Assembly (NCBI GenBank): GCA_965603825.1
Contig: CBFDEM010000013.1
Span: 620,001 to 684,000 of the forward strand
From: Blepharisma stoltei ATCC 30299
Taxonomy: Eukaryota; Protista; Ciliophora
Length of the DNA stretch: 64,000 bases
Reading direction: 5' to 3'
A model generated the notes under the pieces. It had not been told where the DNA came from, ran no database searches, and saw only the letters and a list, made by a program, of their open reading frames with translations. Of this stretch, positions 24,773 to 37,581 are shown piece by piece (position 1 is the first letter of the stretch; the number at the start of each line of letters is the position of its first letter). The translations under genes were made by a program, and so were the position numbers.

Positions 24773-26134
24773 TTAAAGCCTCACATATCCTACTAGATTT
24801 TCTTCATAAGGAGTTGTTATTCTTTTGGCTTTTCTTCTTGCAGCAGTGAATTTATTATAAAGTGCTGACGAGATGATTCCTAAGAAAATAATAGAAATAA
24901 GAACTAAGAGAGCGCTCCCAAATTTTGATTCTTCTATATGCACATCAGCTGTATCTGTGCAGAATTTATCGTAGCAAATTTCTTTACAATCTTTTTCTTT
25001 ATTTTCAACTCCTTGACAAAACGCATCACATCTGCTCTCACAAGACGTCATTTTTATTGGTTTTATATTAACAGCATGAACAAAATCCCAGTCTACTTTA
25101 AAGCCTGTGTCTAGGCTTCCTGCATCCTTACTTTTTTCTCTATAAATATGGTCACTACCATTAACATTAAGAATGTGGGTGTAATTTTCTTCGTGCTTCA
25201 CAATTTGCATATCCCATTCGCTGTCTCTTTCATTCGTGCAATTGGTATCTTCCACATCTCTACTGAGTGAGCCATTAACCGTGACATTATGACGAGGAAA
25301 CCTTATTTCAAAATCTTTATCCCAGCCACCTTCCCGAGGTTTGGCTTCAGATTCATAGTAGCCATCATGCTCTCCTGAGGGAGTTTTCCATTCTATATAA
25401 GTATCAGAAGAGTTGGTCTCTGGGTCATAGCTTTTATATTTATCAATTTCTAGAGCATGCTCGTGATCATGCTCATGATGACATTCGCCATTTTCTTCGT
25501 GATGGAGGTTAATTTCCCCTTTAATATATCTATGGTGGCCATCATCCCTTTTTTCTTCGCACTTCTGACACTTGCATTCCTTGCCCTCGTGATGAAGTTC
25601 TGCATCTTCTTGATGATGCTTATGGTGGTCGCCTTCTTGATGATAATTGTGGTGCTCATCCTCATGGTAGCAGTCATAGTCCAAATATTCGTCATCTTCT
25701 TTTATATCAAGCCATGCATGATGCTCTTCATATGTTTCATTATGGTCTCCATACCCTTGGAACTTTAATTTCTTTTCATTTCCATGCTCGTCTTCTTTTT
25801 TGACTTTAATTTTCCAATGGCTGTCTTCTCCTCTTGGCAATTTCACTTTAATTTTTAAGTCAGAATAAAGCTGAGTTTCTTTAATTTCTGATACCAAGCA
25901 GTCACAACCACATTGATGAGTGCATTGAACTAATGCTGAGCCTTCAGAGTATTGCAAGCAGACATCACAGCATTTTAAGCTGCAGCCTTTTTCAGATTCA
26001 TAGTATGATTTTTCTTTGTCACTGACACTGTTTATTTTGTAGTATTTACCTGCCTCAGTTTTTATGAAGTGCTCTTCTATAAGTTCTTTTGAGATGACAA
26101 CAGAAAACACCCCTAATATAAGTAATGATAACAT
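24773..26134 (-). CDS. Type I membrane protein with a His/Glu-rich central region and Cys-rich ends
   Basis: Signal peptide MLSLLILGVFSVVIS, His-rich tract, Cys clusters, C-terminal TM (ALLVLISIIFLGIISSALY) and a tail ending GYVRL. Confidence 0.8.
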   Translation of the reverse strand: MLSLLILGVFSVVISKELIEEHFIKTEAGKYYKINSVSDKEKSYYESEKGCSLKCCDVCLQYSEGSALVQCTHQCGCDCLVSEIKETQLYSDLKIKVKLPRGEDSHWKIKVKKEDEHGNEKKLKFQGYGDHNETYEEHHAWLDIKEDDEYLDYDCYHEDEHHNYHQEGDHHKHHQEDAELHHEGKECKCQKCEEKRDDGHHRYIKGEINLHHEENGECHHEHDHEHALEIDKYKSYDPETNSSDTYIEWKTPSGEHDGYYESEAKPREGGWDKDFEIRFPRHNVTVNGSLSRDVEDTNCTNERDSEWDMQIVKHEENYTHILNVNGSDHIYREKSKDAGSLDTGFKVDWDFVHAVNIKPIKMTSCESRCDAFCQGVENKEKDCKEICYDKFCTDTADVHIEESKFGSALLVLISIIFLGIISSALYNKFTAARRKAKRITTPYEENLVGYVRL

Positions 26135-26399
26135 TATATTATCCAACCAAAAATATGGAAGATATCAGAATTAAAGTGTCTAAAAATGTTGAGTAAATCG
26201 CAATAATTAGGCATTCCTTAATTTACGAGTACTACGCTATAAGCCTATGCTTTCACAAATTATTTATTATTTGTAGGTTTTACAGCTATTTTGATAAATA
26301 TTATTTTTCCAAACAATTATTTTGCCATCGAACATGAAATTCGACATTTAAGTGATAAATAGACTTTATTTAAATGGTAAAATTATAACTATCGCAAGG

Positions 26400-27224
26400 A
26401 TGCTTTCGAAAAACGAGCTTGATTCAATACAGAACTTGAAGGAAATTTCTGAAAATCATGAGTATTTTGGATTCATTAGAAAAGAAGAAGAGATCTTGTG
26501 CAATGTATCGGAAAGCATGAAGACGTTTAGAAGAGAGAAAAGGCTTGTAACAAATATAGAGGATATTAAAAGGAAACAAAATGAACGATCGAAAATAAGA
26601 ATCAGAACGAACGTCGAGACATCTACTAACATTTGTAAAGTAAACCATAAAAGTGAAGAGCAGACCTCAAAACATTATATATATAGACCTGTTGACAATA
26701 TTCCGATCCTCCCTCCGATGGAGAGCTGCAAACGGATGAAAATCCATGGAATCCCACTTTCTGACATAAAATGTAAGTGCGTTCAAGTTTCTAGGGGAAA
26801 AGAAGAAAAATCAACAAGCATCCATTTATGAGAAAGATGCAAATCCCCCACTTGCATCAGGCTTAAAAGGAATAGTGAAAGCAAACATTCACAATTCCTC
26901 CCCAGGCTTCCTATGAATTTGTCAATTTTTTCGAATTTGATGCTGAACTCTAAATTTAAGAAAAGTATCAACACCTTGGAAGACTCTCTTACAAACGTTA
27001 TATCTCCAGTAAGGTCAATGAGTCCAGAAGTAAAAAGAGAATCCACTGCAAGTGTGCACAAATATAAAAAAATGAGAACAAGATTTTTTGATGAAAGCTC
27101 TAAAGGAAGGAGAAAAGAAATTAAGGATGCATTGAGCAAAAGCTCGGAAAATAAGTCTTTTGCAGATTACGTGAAAAGCAAGATTTGTATAAATGATCAA
27201 GCTAATAAAAGTTCGCTTAAATAA
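26400..27224 (+). CDS. Hypothetical basic protein (1 TGA-Trp)
   Basis: ATG 26400; the two listed ORFs are in frame through TGA 26829-26831. Confidence 0.6.
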
Positions 27225-27505
27225 ATGATTATATATTATATTTTTAGCAAGCCTAGCCCGTCGAAATTATGACTGAGTAAGCATAATTATATGGAGAAAT
27301 TTATATAAATCAATAAAATTAAAAAAGATGCTAAATTTGTAGCTAATTATTAATAATATCTCTTTCAATGGCTCTTGAAATGCAGAAGTGAGAAAATAAA
27401 TATAAGAAAAAAGTCAGAATTCAGCAACTTTATGTGATTTTATTGGTAGAGAAACTCCTCTTTATTAATATCTTTTAATAGTTTGATATTAAAATAATTA
27501 ATGAA

Positions 27506-28648
27506 CTACAGTATTTTTGCTAAATCTCTTATGGTTGTCTTTTGTCTTATGACAGGAATTATCGATTTTTTGCTATTTGTCGAAACTTGGGATGCAAGCC
27601 TGGAAGGCTCCGGGGTAATAATAAATGTTGGAGTATGGCTGATTGGGGTTTTTGATATAACGCTTGATGGTCTATAATCACTTGGGGTCAATTTTTTCAA
27701 TTTATGCAAAAATGAGTCTTTATCTATTTGAGGAAGGCCAATTTTAGGAAAAAATGACGACTCTATTGTTTGGAAAAATAAAGAGTCTTTATGATTCATT
27801 AAAGCTTCTCTCGGCGTTAAAACTCCTGCAGGCAATTTTGGCTTTTTATATGCTTTCCTAATAAATATTGGGATCTGATTTATCACTTCTAATATTCCTG
27901 GCCTCTCTTTAGGTTCTTTTTTAAGCAGAGTTGAGATAAAATCTACTAGTTTAGGAGAATATTTTACTGGGATTGGTCTTGGCTCACTATGTATGATATT
28001 AAGCCCAAGAGTGATCATATTATCACCTGCAAATGGCACTTCAAGTGCTGCCAAAGTATAAATAATGCAGCCTAATCCTCATATATCTACCTTATGGCCA
28101 TATGGCTGCCTTCTTACCTGTTCTGGACTGAGAAATAATGGCGTCCCCACATTGGAAGCATGCAGCTCTTTTCTGTTTGAAATCTTCGAAAGGCCTAAAT
28201 CGCCTATTTTAATCCTTCTATTTTGATCCAAGAGCACATTTAAGCATTTAATATCCCTGTGAATAATATTATGAGTGTGCAAGTATTTAATCCCCAAACA
28301 AATTTCATAAGTCCACGTTCAAATTTGTCCTTCCTCAATAGTCTTTCTTTGTTCCTTCGAGCTCTTTATAAAAGTATTTAGATCTCCTAATGCGGCATAT
28401 TCCATCAGTATGAACATGGTATCATCTTGAATCAAGCTTGCATAGTATTTAATTATATGAAAGTTATCGAGCTGCTTCAAGATTTCTACCTCTTTTTGAG
28501 CTTGCTTGCTTTTTTTCGACGACACCGAGCTTAAATCTATTGCTTTGACGACATAAAATTTCCCATCATTTTTGCTTCGCACTTTGTACACGACTCCTGA
28601 AGTCCCTCTTCCTAGCTCCTCAATAATAGAAACCCCTAGAGAATTCAT
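27506..28648 (-). CDS. NIMA-related (NEK) kinase (380 aa)
   Basis: Three listed ORFs join through TGA 28319 (QI-W) and TGA 28079 (KVDI-W-GLG, the conserved subdomain IX Trp); HRDIKCLN, IGDLG and VGTPLFLSPE motifs. Confidence 0.9.
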
Positions 28649-28722
28649 ATTAATTCAAATTTATTTACTTCTTTTCAATTCCTGTTTTTATTTTAATACT
28701 TTTTCTACTATATCTTATATAG

Positions 28723-30096
28723 ATGGGACAAGGCCCTAGCAAAATTAAAAGGAACTTTACAGCTTGGCGACTGTCAAGAAAAAAAGGCAATCAAAAACTG
28801 AAGACCAAGACGTCATGCCCAGTGTGTAACCAAGAGTTCGAGAGCTGGAGAACCTATGATGACTTTAATTATCATATTGACTGATGCTTGAACCAGTCAA
28901 CTCAATCTCCACCTCCTGAGCAGAAATCGTCTCAAAATTTGAAATGTAAGCCGCTAGATAAAAAACTAAAGTGACTGAGAAAACAAATAGATACAGTCAG
29001 AATTCCATGGAGCGAAGAATTCATCAAACTAGGAGTCCAGCGAGATAATATTTTCGACGACTCCTTAAGGCAGGTTCTGTCACTTACAGACAGAGATATG
29101 AGAAAAGAATTCCAAATCAGTTTTCAAGGAGAAATAGCTCAAGATGCAGGAGGGCTGATGAGGGAGTGGGTGAATTTATTGATCAAGGTTTTGTTTGCAC
29201 CTGATTTGGGACTTTTTGAGTTTACTAAGACTGAAGAAGTAGCTTATACTATACCAATAAAACCTGAAGAGCATATGGAAGAACTTTATTATTTTACTGG
29301 GAAAGTGCTTGGAAAAGCCCTTTTCGAAAACATCCCTGTTAATTGTCCACTATCTAAAGTGATTTTTAAGCACTTAGTAGGGAAAAAAGTCACATTTTCA
29401 GATCTAATATACCAGGATCAAGCTTTGCATAGTTCATTAAACTATGTCACTACAAACTCAGTAAAAGGGGTGCTTTTTGAGACATTTTCAGTAATAAAAG
29501 AATATCAAGGCCAAGTAAGTGTCATCCCCCTCATTCCTGATGGAGAAGATAAATCTGTGACTGACGGAAATAAAGAAGAATATATTCGACTACGATCCCA
29601 ATTCGAAATCGAGACAGGCTTTAAAATCGCTTTAGAAAATTTAAAGCTCGGCTTTTACTCTGTGATTCCAAAAGAAATCATATCTGAGCTCGAACCTGAT
29701 GAAATCGAACTTGCTCTCTGTGGATCACCATTTATTGACATAGAAGATTGGAAAGAATTCACTGAATATCGGGGTGCATTTCATAAAGACCATAGAGTGG
29801 TACAAAGGTTTTGGGAAATAATGAGAACGTTTAGCCAAGAGCAGCTGGCAAACTTTTTGACGTTCGTTACTGGGACATCTAGGATCCCTATAGAAGGGTT
29901 CAGTTCCTTAAAAACCTTGAGAGGAGAAAAGGCAAGATTTACGCTGGACTCTATGCCATATACCGAAAAAGCGCTGCCAAGAGCTCACACGTGCTTCAAC
30001 AGACTTGATTTACCACTATACAAAAGTAAAGATGAGCTGAAAGAAGCATTAGAGTGTGTATTGAATAATTATACGATTGGTTTTGGCCTGGAATAA
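28723..30096 (+). CDS. HECT E3 ubiquitin ligase with an N-terminal UBZ-like zinc finger (457 aa)
   Basis: MGQGPS start; CPVC...NYHID-W(TGA 28882)-C; second TGA at 28972; HECT motifs DAGGLMREW, FVTGT and LPRAHTCFNRLDLP. Confidence 0.9.
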
Positions 30097-30126
30097 TATT
30101 TATGCTATATAATAATATTAGATTTA

Positions 30127-31317
30127 CTAGTGGGCTTTTTTAGGTCTTTTATTTGTAGATCGTGGCGGGCTTATTTTACGTTTGAGGTTTAAACTCTTTA
30201 TATCTGGAAGGGTTAGGACAGCAGGGTTCATGAGCGTAACTACATGCTGAGAACCCGCACTGATTTCTTCTATAGGCTTGGCTACACTCCAAGCGACTAA
30301 TGTTGGCATGGATACGTTCTTTTCCTTTCCATTAAGCAGAACATATGTGTCACCAAATCCCCACGAATAAATCCTTTGTGTAGAAGTAATTGCAAAATTA
30401 AAGTGCGGACCACACGCAATTTTTCTGACATTGGTTAAGCTAGGGATTTCTTGAGGAGTGTAGTGCGATTCAGTTGTGTTGAGACCAAGCTGATAGTCAT
30501 CGTTTCTTCCCCATATTAGGACTCGGCCGTTTTGGAGAAGGGCAAGAGTGTGATTGTCTCCTCCAGTAATATATTGAATATCAAGATTTCTAAGTTCAAA
30601 GATTTCATGAGGAACGCAAGTATTTTTCGTGCTTCCATCTCCCAGCTGTCCAAAATTATTTAACCCCCAGCCATAAACCTTATTATTGCTTGACTTTGCA
30701 AACGAGTGGTTTTTCCCCGAATAAATGTGTTCAATATTTTTCATACCAATGCTTTCAATCTGTAAAGAATGAGCAATACTTTTTCTTGACCTCGGCATTC
30801 TTCCTATTTGTCCGAACTCTGAATCTCCCCATGCATAAACTCTGTTATCTGCAAGAATCAAGCTATGATTAGCTCCACTGACGATATCTTTGATTAATTT
30901 GCTTTTCTTGAATTCATCGCTTCCAATTTCAATTGGGAATTTATGCCCAATTTCCATGTTACCTTGGCTATTTCTATACGTGCCCCATGAATAAAGTTTT
31001 CTTGTATTGGCTGATAATGCAATTGAGTGGGAATCCCCTGCAGTGACTTTTGTAATAAATTCGACTCCAGAGATCAGCATGGGAATGTTTTCTTCGCCAA
31101 TCCTGCCAAGAGCTCCATCGTCATTGCATCCCCATGAGTAAACGCGACCTTCTGAGGTGAGAGCTAATGTGTGCATACTCCCACATGCGATCATTGTGAC
31201 TGATTCTGGGAGTTTTAGAAGTCTGGGCTTTCGAGCATTAAAAACATTGGGAATTCCCAGCTGCTCGCATTCTCCGGAACCGCAGACTAATACTTGCTCA
31301 TCCGATTCAATATCCAT
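30127..31317 (-). CDS. RCC1 (regulator of chromosome condensation) family protein
   Basis: Repeats of type ACGSMHT..VYSWGCNDDGALGR and a basic NLS-like C-terminal tail. Confidence 0.9.
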   Translation of the reverse strand: MDIESDEQVLVCGSGECEQLGIPNVFNARKPRLLKLPESVTMIACGSMHTLALTSEGRVYSWGCNDDGALGRIGEENIPMLISGVEFITKVTAGDSHSIALSANTRKLYSWGTYRNSQGNMEIGHKFPIEIGSDEFKKSKLIKDIVSGANHSLILADNRVYAWGDSEFGQIGRMPRSRKSIAHSLQIESIGMKNIEHIYSGKNHSFAKSSNNKVYGWGLNNFGQLGDGSTKNTCVPHEIFELRNLDIQYITGGDNHTLALLQNGRVLIWGRNDDYQLGLNTTESHYTPQEIPSLTNVRKIACGPHFNFAITSTQRIYSWGFGDTYVLLNGKEKNVSMPTLVAWSVAKPIEEISAGSQHVVTLMNPAVLTLPDIKSLNLKRKISPPRSTNKRPKKAH

Positions 31318-31526
31318 TTAGAACCTTATAATGGACTCTGTAAAAATGGAGAGAATAGGAAATTTCCTTGAAAATAGTAAGTCAGGATAGCGCTCCAGGA
31401 AAAAAACTCTAGGGTATTTCTATTTCTTTTTGCTAAATTGTGGCAAAATATTAGAATTTCAAAGGATTTAGATGAATTTCTTTTATTTTATTATAATTTT
31501 ATTAGAATTTTAACAAAAATTGAGGC

Positions 31527-33191
31527 TTATGCTTTCTTAGGCAATGGCGGAGGAGGGGGGATATTTGCTGGAATTTTATTAGGCAGCGGAGGAGGTGGTG
31601 GAGGTGGGTTAGAAACAGGTGAACGGCTATAGTAATTGATCATCATTGAAGAGGTCGGCGATTCTTCAGATCCTAGCATTCTGGAGTCCTCTTTTTTGTC
31701 ATATCAATTAAAGCTGTCTTCGTTCCTAGGTGAAACATCAGAGGACTGGAATTTTGCTGAAGACTCCATACTCATCATTCTTCCTTTGTCAAATTGAGTT
31801 GATGACTGCTGAGAATGGGCCGAGGACTGAATTCTGGCTGATGAAGCCTCAGATGATAAAGGAACTCTTTTCATGTTATTTTCTATTGAAAAGCCAACAT
31901 TCATCATAGGGTCTTGGTTCTTTGCAGGCGAAGTTTCTGGGGTGAAAATTGGGTTTATTAAGCTCATTTCAGCTCTTTTGTGTCTTTCCTTGGCAGCTTC
32001 TTCGTCTAGTAAGTCATGGAGAAGAGTTAACAATTCTGTGACTCGATTTAAATCTTCATGATCTGGACAATGCTTTAATAAGTTTTTCCTTATATTATAA
32101 CAATGTGAAAGCTTATCTAAGGCACTTTTATAGTCCTTGTTTTTTATATGAATTGACCCAAGGGCTTCTAAAACTTGGGCAACTGGAAGAGAACTCTCAG
32201 AACAGTTTTTTATTCGCGTATTTAAGGCTTTTTGCAACAAAGTTGTAGCCTTAAACATATTTCCTTTCATTTTGTTAAGCAGAGCTAGATTATATTCACA
32301 ATCAGCCACTGTTTCGTGGGAGTCTCCTAAGTTCTCAATCCTGATTTCATGCGACACAGTAAAGCTCATGATCGATTTACTAATTAATTTTTGGTTTTGG
32401 TAAAACAGTCCAAGCATGAAGTAGGCATTGCTGGTTTCTAAGCTGGATCTTCCAAGATGCAGCTCTATAAGTTTGATATACTGGACATACATTTTTTCAG
32501 CATTAATATAGTCACCACATGCACAAAGTAAATTGGCTAAGGTCGAATATACACTTACTTTAGTCTTCAATTGTGTATAAGTCAAGTTTAATTTTTCGCC
32601 CTTTCCTTCGTCTGGTCTGAAAGAAGATACTGGTATTACTTCATGAGATCCTGAATGAGAAGCCATTTTAGCTGAAATTTGTAGTAGAATTTGTCTTGCC
32701 TGATTTAATTCGCCTGACTGGATATAAGCTTTTGTGAGTATGATTCCATCAGTCAATAAATCATAGATGTCAAAGTATCGATTTCGTTCGTATTCACTGA
32801 TAACTCTATTGAAATAGCTGCGGCCTTTAGCAACCGCATTGGCTGGGTTTCCTTGACAAATGCTTGTGATCATGTCTTTTCTTATTCGATATCGGCCTGT
32901 GTATACTTCTTCATCTGCAAAAAAACTGTTTTCTGGGCCAGCTTCGAGGTCGAATTTTGAAATTTCAGTTTCGCTTAATGGAGTGATATTTGATAAGTCA
33001 GCTGAAGGTGGCTCAGAGATGTCACATTCTGGAAGATGAGATTCTCAGTGCTGGATTTGATGGGCCTCACTGCAGTAAAATACTGCTTTGCAAGCAGAGC
33101 AGCACATTAGAGTGGGTCTCTTGCAGACAGCGCAGAGAAATCTTGATGAGTCTGACACTGATTCTTCTAATTGATCATAGCGAGTAGTCAT
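31527..33191 (-). CDS. MYND zinc finger + TPR protein with a polyproline tail (554 aa)
   Basis: ATG 33191; CAVC...CSACKAVFYCSEAHQIQH-W(TGA 33045)-ESHLPEC; kinesin-light-chain-type TPRs; TGA 31704, then PPPPPPLP...PPPPPLPKKA* at 31527. Confidence 0.85.
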
Positions 33192-33440
33192 TTTTAATTT
33201 ATTGTTATTCTTATGAATTCATTTATAGTTTTGGTTTGCATTTTAAGTGCTCTCATATCATAAAAAGAGTTATTTAGTTTCTCCAAAATATTAATTTGTT
33301 TAAATGGGTACCTTATAATTAGATTAGAGTTATATTATTATGAATAAATAGAATTCTAATAGTAATTTTAATTAAATTACTTAGTTATTTAATTAAAATG
33401 GCTCTAATAAAAATAACTATAAATTTTAGCCCATTACTAG

Positions 33441-36239
33441 ATGCATGAATCTTCAAGTTCAATGACTTCATCGTCATATAATGACCCTTCTGAATCTCCA
33501 AGCAGCTGAAAACGAAGCCAAACTCTTAAAGATATCAAAATAAATCTCCACCAGCCCGCTGATCTTGAAAAAGCAAAAGAGTATAGATTAAAAACATCAA
33601 TTTCTAAATGAAATGGAAACATTCCCAGGCAGCACCGCATATGCTCAACTACAGCTGAAGACCTAGGAGAATATGGTGTAGGCCTTGAATTGCATTTTTT
33701 ATTTCTAAAACAGCTTATTTTTGCATTTTTCATTATAAGCTCAATTAGCATTTGGCCTTTATATACTAATTGAAAAGGAGGATATTTAGAGGACCAAGAA
33801 GCAAATTCGTATACAGATCCTTTTTCTATTGCAAATTTGCATGGAATTTCAAGTAATGAAACTGTTTTGTCAAATGCAAAAGATTTGCAAGGTGAAATTG
33901 ATCGAGACTATTTTGATATTTGGGTGAGTGATACTATGTACACTGCTTCTTTTATTCTGATGATTTTAATTTTTAGTATACAAGGGAACTCCAGGATCAA
34001 AAGAAATAATAAAAAACATGACAGAGTCTCTGACTATGCAATAAAAATCAAAGGAATTCCAAGAGAAGGAGTCACAGAAGAAGAAATAAAAATTCACTTT
34101 GAGCCTTATGGAGAAATAATCGAAATTTATTTGGGAAGACGCTATAAAGGCTTGCTTCGCTATTTTCATAAACGCTCTATTATTTTAACCAGGATGGCGA
34201 CCAGGGACTCATTATTAACTTTTAAAAACAAGGAAAAGGAAAACGACAAATTGCTTAAAAAACTAACCAAAAGACTGAAGATTTTAGACAGCAATATAAT
34301 AAAGAAAAGCCAAGACATCGTTAGTCATGATTTTTTGCCAATAAAAACAGTTTTCATTATTTTTAGTACGAGAGAAAGCAAAGTAAAATGTTTAAAAGCA
34401 TATAATGGAAGTTGCTTCAGGTCTTATAACAAAAATTTGCTTTTTCAAGGCAAAAAGTTAAAAATTACTCCTGCGCCTGAACCTTCAGATATTATATGAG
34501 AAAACCTTGAAATCGGCAAATTTTCAAGGTTCATGAGAATAGTTGTGTCAATTATAGCCGCAGCATTGCTGATGCTATTTTCAGCTGGAGCTTTAAATTA
34601 CCTTAAAACTCAAGAACAAGCAATACCAAGTACGAGTAAATGTTATGACCTGAACGGTAATTATGATATTTCACTTAAAGAGGCAGAGGACACTTATAAA
34701 GATAGCACTGAAATTTTATGTTGATGCAAAATGCAAGGGTGGAGTAATTTAATTACTGACTCTGAAAAAGCCTCATACTGTTCATCTTATATGGAAAAGT
34801 GGGTATTTCAAGAAAGTATCAAATATCTTGCAAGTTTTGGAGTCATTGTCATCAATTTTTTCTTGAAATTTGTATTACGGAAGCTCACATATTTTGAGAG
34901 ACTGAAAAGTCTGAGCGAGCTCCAAAAGAGAATCATGATAAAAGTATTTTTTGCGATTTTTATAAATACTGCTATCATCACATTAATTATCAATATCACT
35001 TTCCCATTGTTTCCTTCCTCAAATGAATATATATTGAGAGGAAAATACCAAGACTTTTCAAGGGACTGATACTTAAAAGTGGGCTCAATATTCGTTGCTA
35101 TGATGCTTATAAGTATTTTTTCTCCTCATGTGATTTATTTAATGATTTTTTATCCATTGGGAATGATAAAGAGAAAATGCTGCTGAAAAAGGTATGCTAC
35201 ACAGTATGAGCTGAATTTAGCATATCAAGGGCCTGACTATGATATAGCAACAAGGACATCTCAGGTGTTGAACCTTGTTTTGACTTGCTTTTTGTATTCA
35301 GGAGGAATGCCCATTTTAAATATTATCTGCTTTATTGCGTTGATTTGTATATATTGAACAGATAAATTTCTGATATTGAGGCATTTCTCTCGTCCTCCTA
35401 AATATACAGGAGAAATTTATATATCTGCTATCAAAATTTTGATGGTCGGAGTTCTCTTGCATTGCTTTATATCAGGGTGCATGTATGGAGCACCAGATAT
35501 ATTTCCGAAGGGCTTTTATAAGGATGGAGAATATGTTCAAGCAGATTCTATTAACTTTATTGACAGATTTACAATTCCATCTGGAATATCAATGATTTTA
35601 TTGGGAATTTCTGCGCTTATATTATCAATTTTTATATTATTTATCAATAAAATTTATGAAATTTGCTTAAGAAGACTTCATTACAATTTTGCAGAAACTA
35701 AAGAATTCAGCACATTTAACGAGGTTTTACCTGAGATTAAAAAATATGGACTTGTTAGTTATAATGTAAAATATCATCCTGTTTATAGGTTACTTATAGA
35801 CAGCATGGCTCATGGCAACGAATCTCATTTCCAGATGAAAAATGCAGACTTGGCCATAAAAAGCCAAGATTTTAATATTGATACTACAAGAACCTACTTA
35901 GAAGAAAACAGTGCAGGGATTACCCAATATGATTCTCCTATTAAGAAGCAAAATAGTATAGAAGACGAAGATGAAAACTCTGAAGGGGAAGAAGAAGAAG
36001 AAATAAAGGTGGACAGAGAAGAAGGGCTAATGAGAAAATTATCAATTAGATCTGAAGAGAGGGAATTTAGTAGAAAATCATCAATTAGGTCATCAAGAGG
36101 AAGCTATGTTGAAAATGAGAAGCATGAAAAAATAAGAATAGTGGAAGATGATAAAGGAGAAAACAAAAGTAAAAATCATGGAAAAAATATCTCATCAATT
36201 GATGAGAGACTGCAAAGGAGAAGGCGTAGAAAGCATTAA
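33441..36239 (+). CDS. OSCA/TMEM63(CSC1)-like membrane channel (932 aa, 8 TGA-Trp)
   Basis: A single frame through TGAs 33507, 33609, 33771, 34497, 34722, 35067, 35184 and 35355; APEPSDII-W-ENL motif, RRM-like cytosolic insert and many TM helices. Confidence 0.85.
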
Positions 36240-37077
36240 GTTAATTAATTAATCCAAATGGATTGTGTAGAAAAGCAGATTTGATATTGGTAAGCTTAAC
36301 TGATAATCATTTTCACATAAATAAATATAGTCATTTAGCCCTATACCTTTACATAATCCCTACTGAAAGCAATTTTTTTTCTTCGAATTCTGATGATTTT
36401 AGATGAAATGGGCAATATTATCTAATCAGGCAAGATCTAATTTTTGTTTGCAATACACGTAAATGTGCTATGTTTTAGTGAGATTTTTGAAAAATTGCAA
36501 ACTCATATGCAAAATGTTTGAAGCATAATATAAATTCTTTTATAAATTTCTGGTACCTTAATGTCTTATTAAAATTATAAAATTCATGCATAAAGGGAAC
36601 AGCAAATAAGTGAATTTTGGCAGAGTGTTGCTGTTTTAGCAATTTTATTTAAATATTGCTTCAGTGTTTAAAGCCTAAATAAAATGCCTTTGCTCTTCCC
36701 AGCCTTTTACTTGTATAAACTGCTAGCATGGAGCTCATTTCCTTGGCTCATAAGAAGTATCATTACTGTCCATTAAGATTTAAAGATCTCCTTTCTTGAC
36801 AAATATTAAAAATAAAAACGACAGTTACTAGAAATTTTTCGAATCACCCTTTTAGTCTTCTCATCAAAGGCATCGTATATTTGAAATTTAATTCTAAAAG
36901 CAACGAATTCTGAATAAGAATTAATAATAGTCTCCATTAAAATTTATAATAAATCGTTCAATTGGTATTTTTCAATATTAAAAAATAGAGTGGTTGATTC
37001 AATTATATAAGTATAAATAAATTTATTAATATGAAAAATAATTCACTAATTATTACCCATTAACACCATTAAAAATA

Positions 37078-37581
37078 ATGAAAGAAGGTCAAAAGGATAA
37101 AGAATTCACATCCATCCTCTACGGCTGCATGGAAAACTGTTGCGAAAAATTATTTACCACGAAATTTAACTTAAGACGTCACATAGAGACAGCCCATAAA
37201 AAGACGACAGAATTCACATGTTTAACCTGTATGAAAACTTTCGCGAGCAAGCAAAATTTGTGTGAGCATGAATACCTTCACACAGGTGATAAGCCCTTTA
37301 AATGCAATGATTGTCATAAGTTATTCAGGCAGTTAAGCCAGTTATCTCTCCATAAGAGAATTCATTTGAAGCCAACTTGTGGCCTTAATACAATGAATTT
37401 TAATAAAGGGATAAAAGAAAGAAAATGGAAAGTGTTCAATCTTAATAGGTTCGAAGAAGACGAAGAAAAAGTCCAGGAAAGTGTTGATAATATAGTGTCA
37501 ACTTTTCCTCATTTAGAATCGAACATTGATCATTTAAAACTCCCAAAGATATCGGAGAATATCAACAATAAGGACTTTTAA
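37078..37581 (+). CDS. C2H2 zinc-finger protein (3 fingers)
   Basis: CxxC...H-x3-H repeats with an HTGDKPF linker. Confidence 0.88.
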   Translation: MKEGQKDKEFTSILYGCMENCCEKLFTTKFNLRRHIETAHKKTTEFTCLTCMKTFASKQNLCEHEYLHTGDKPFKCNDCHKLFRQLSQLSLHKRIHLKPTCGLNTMNFNKGIKERKWKVFNLNRFEEDEEKVQESVDNIVSTFPHLESNIDHLKLPKISENINNKDF

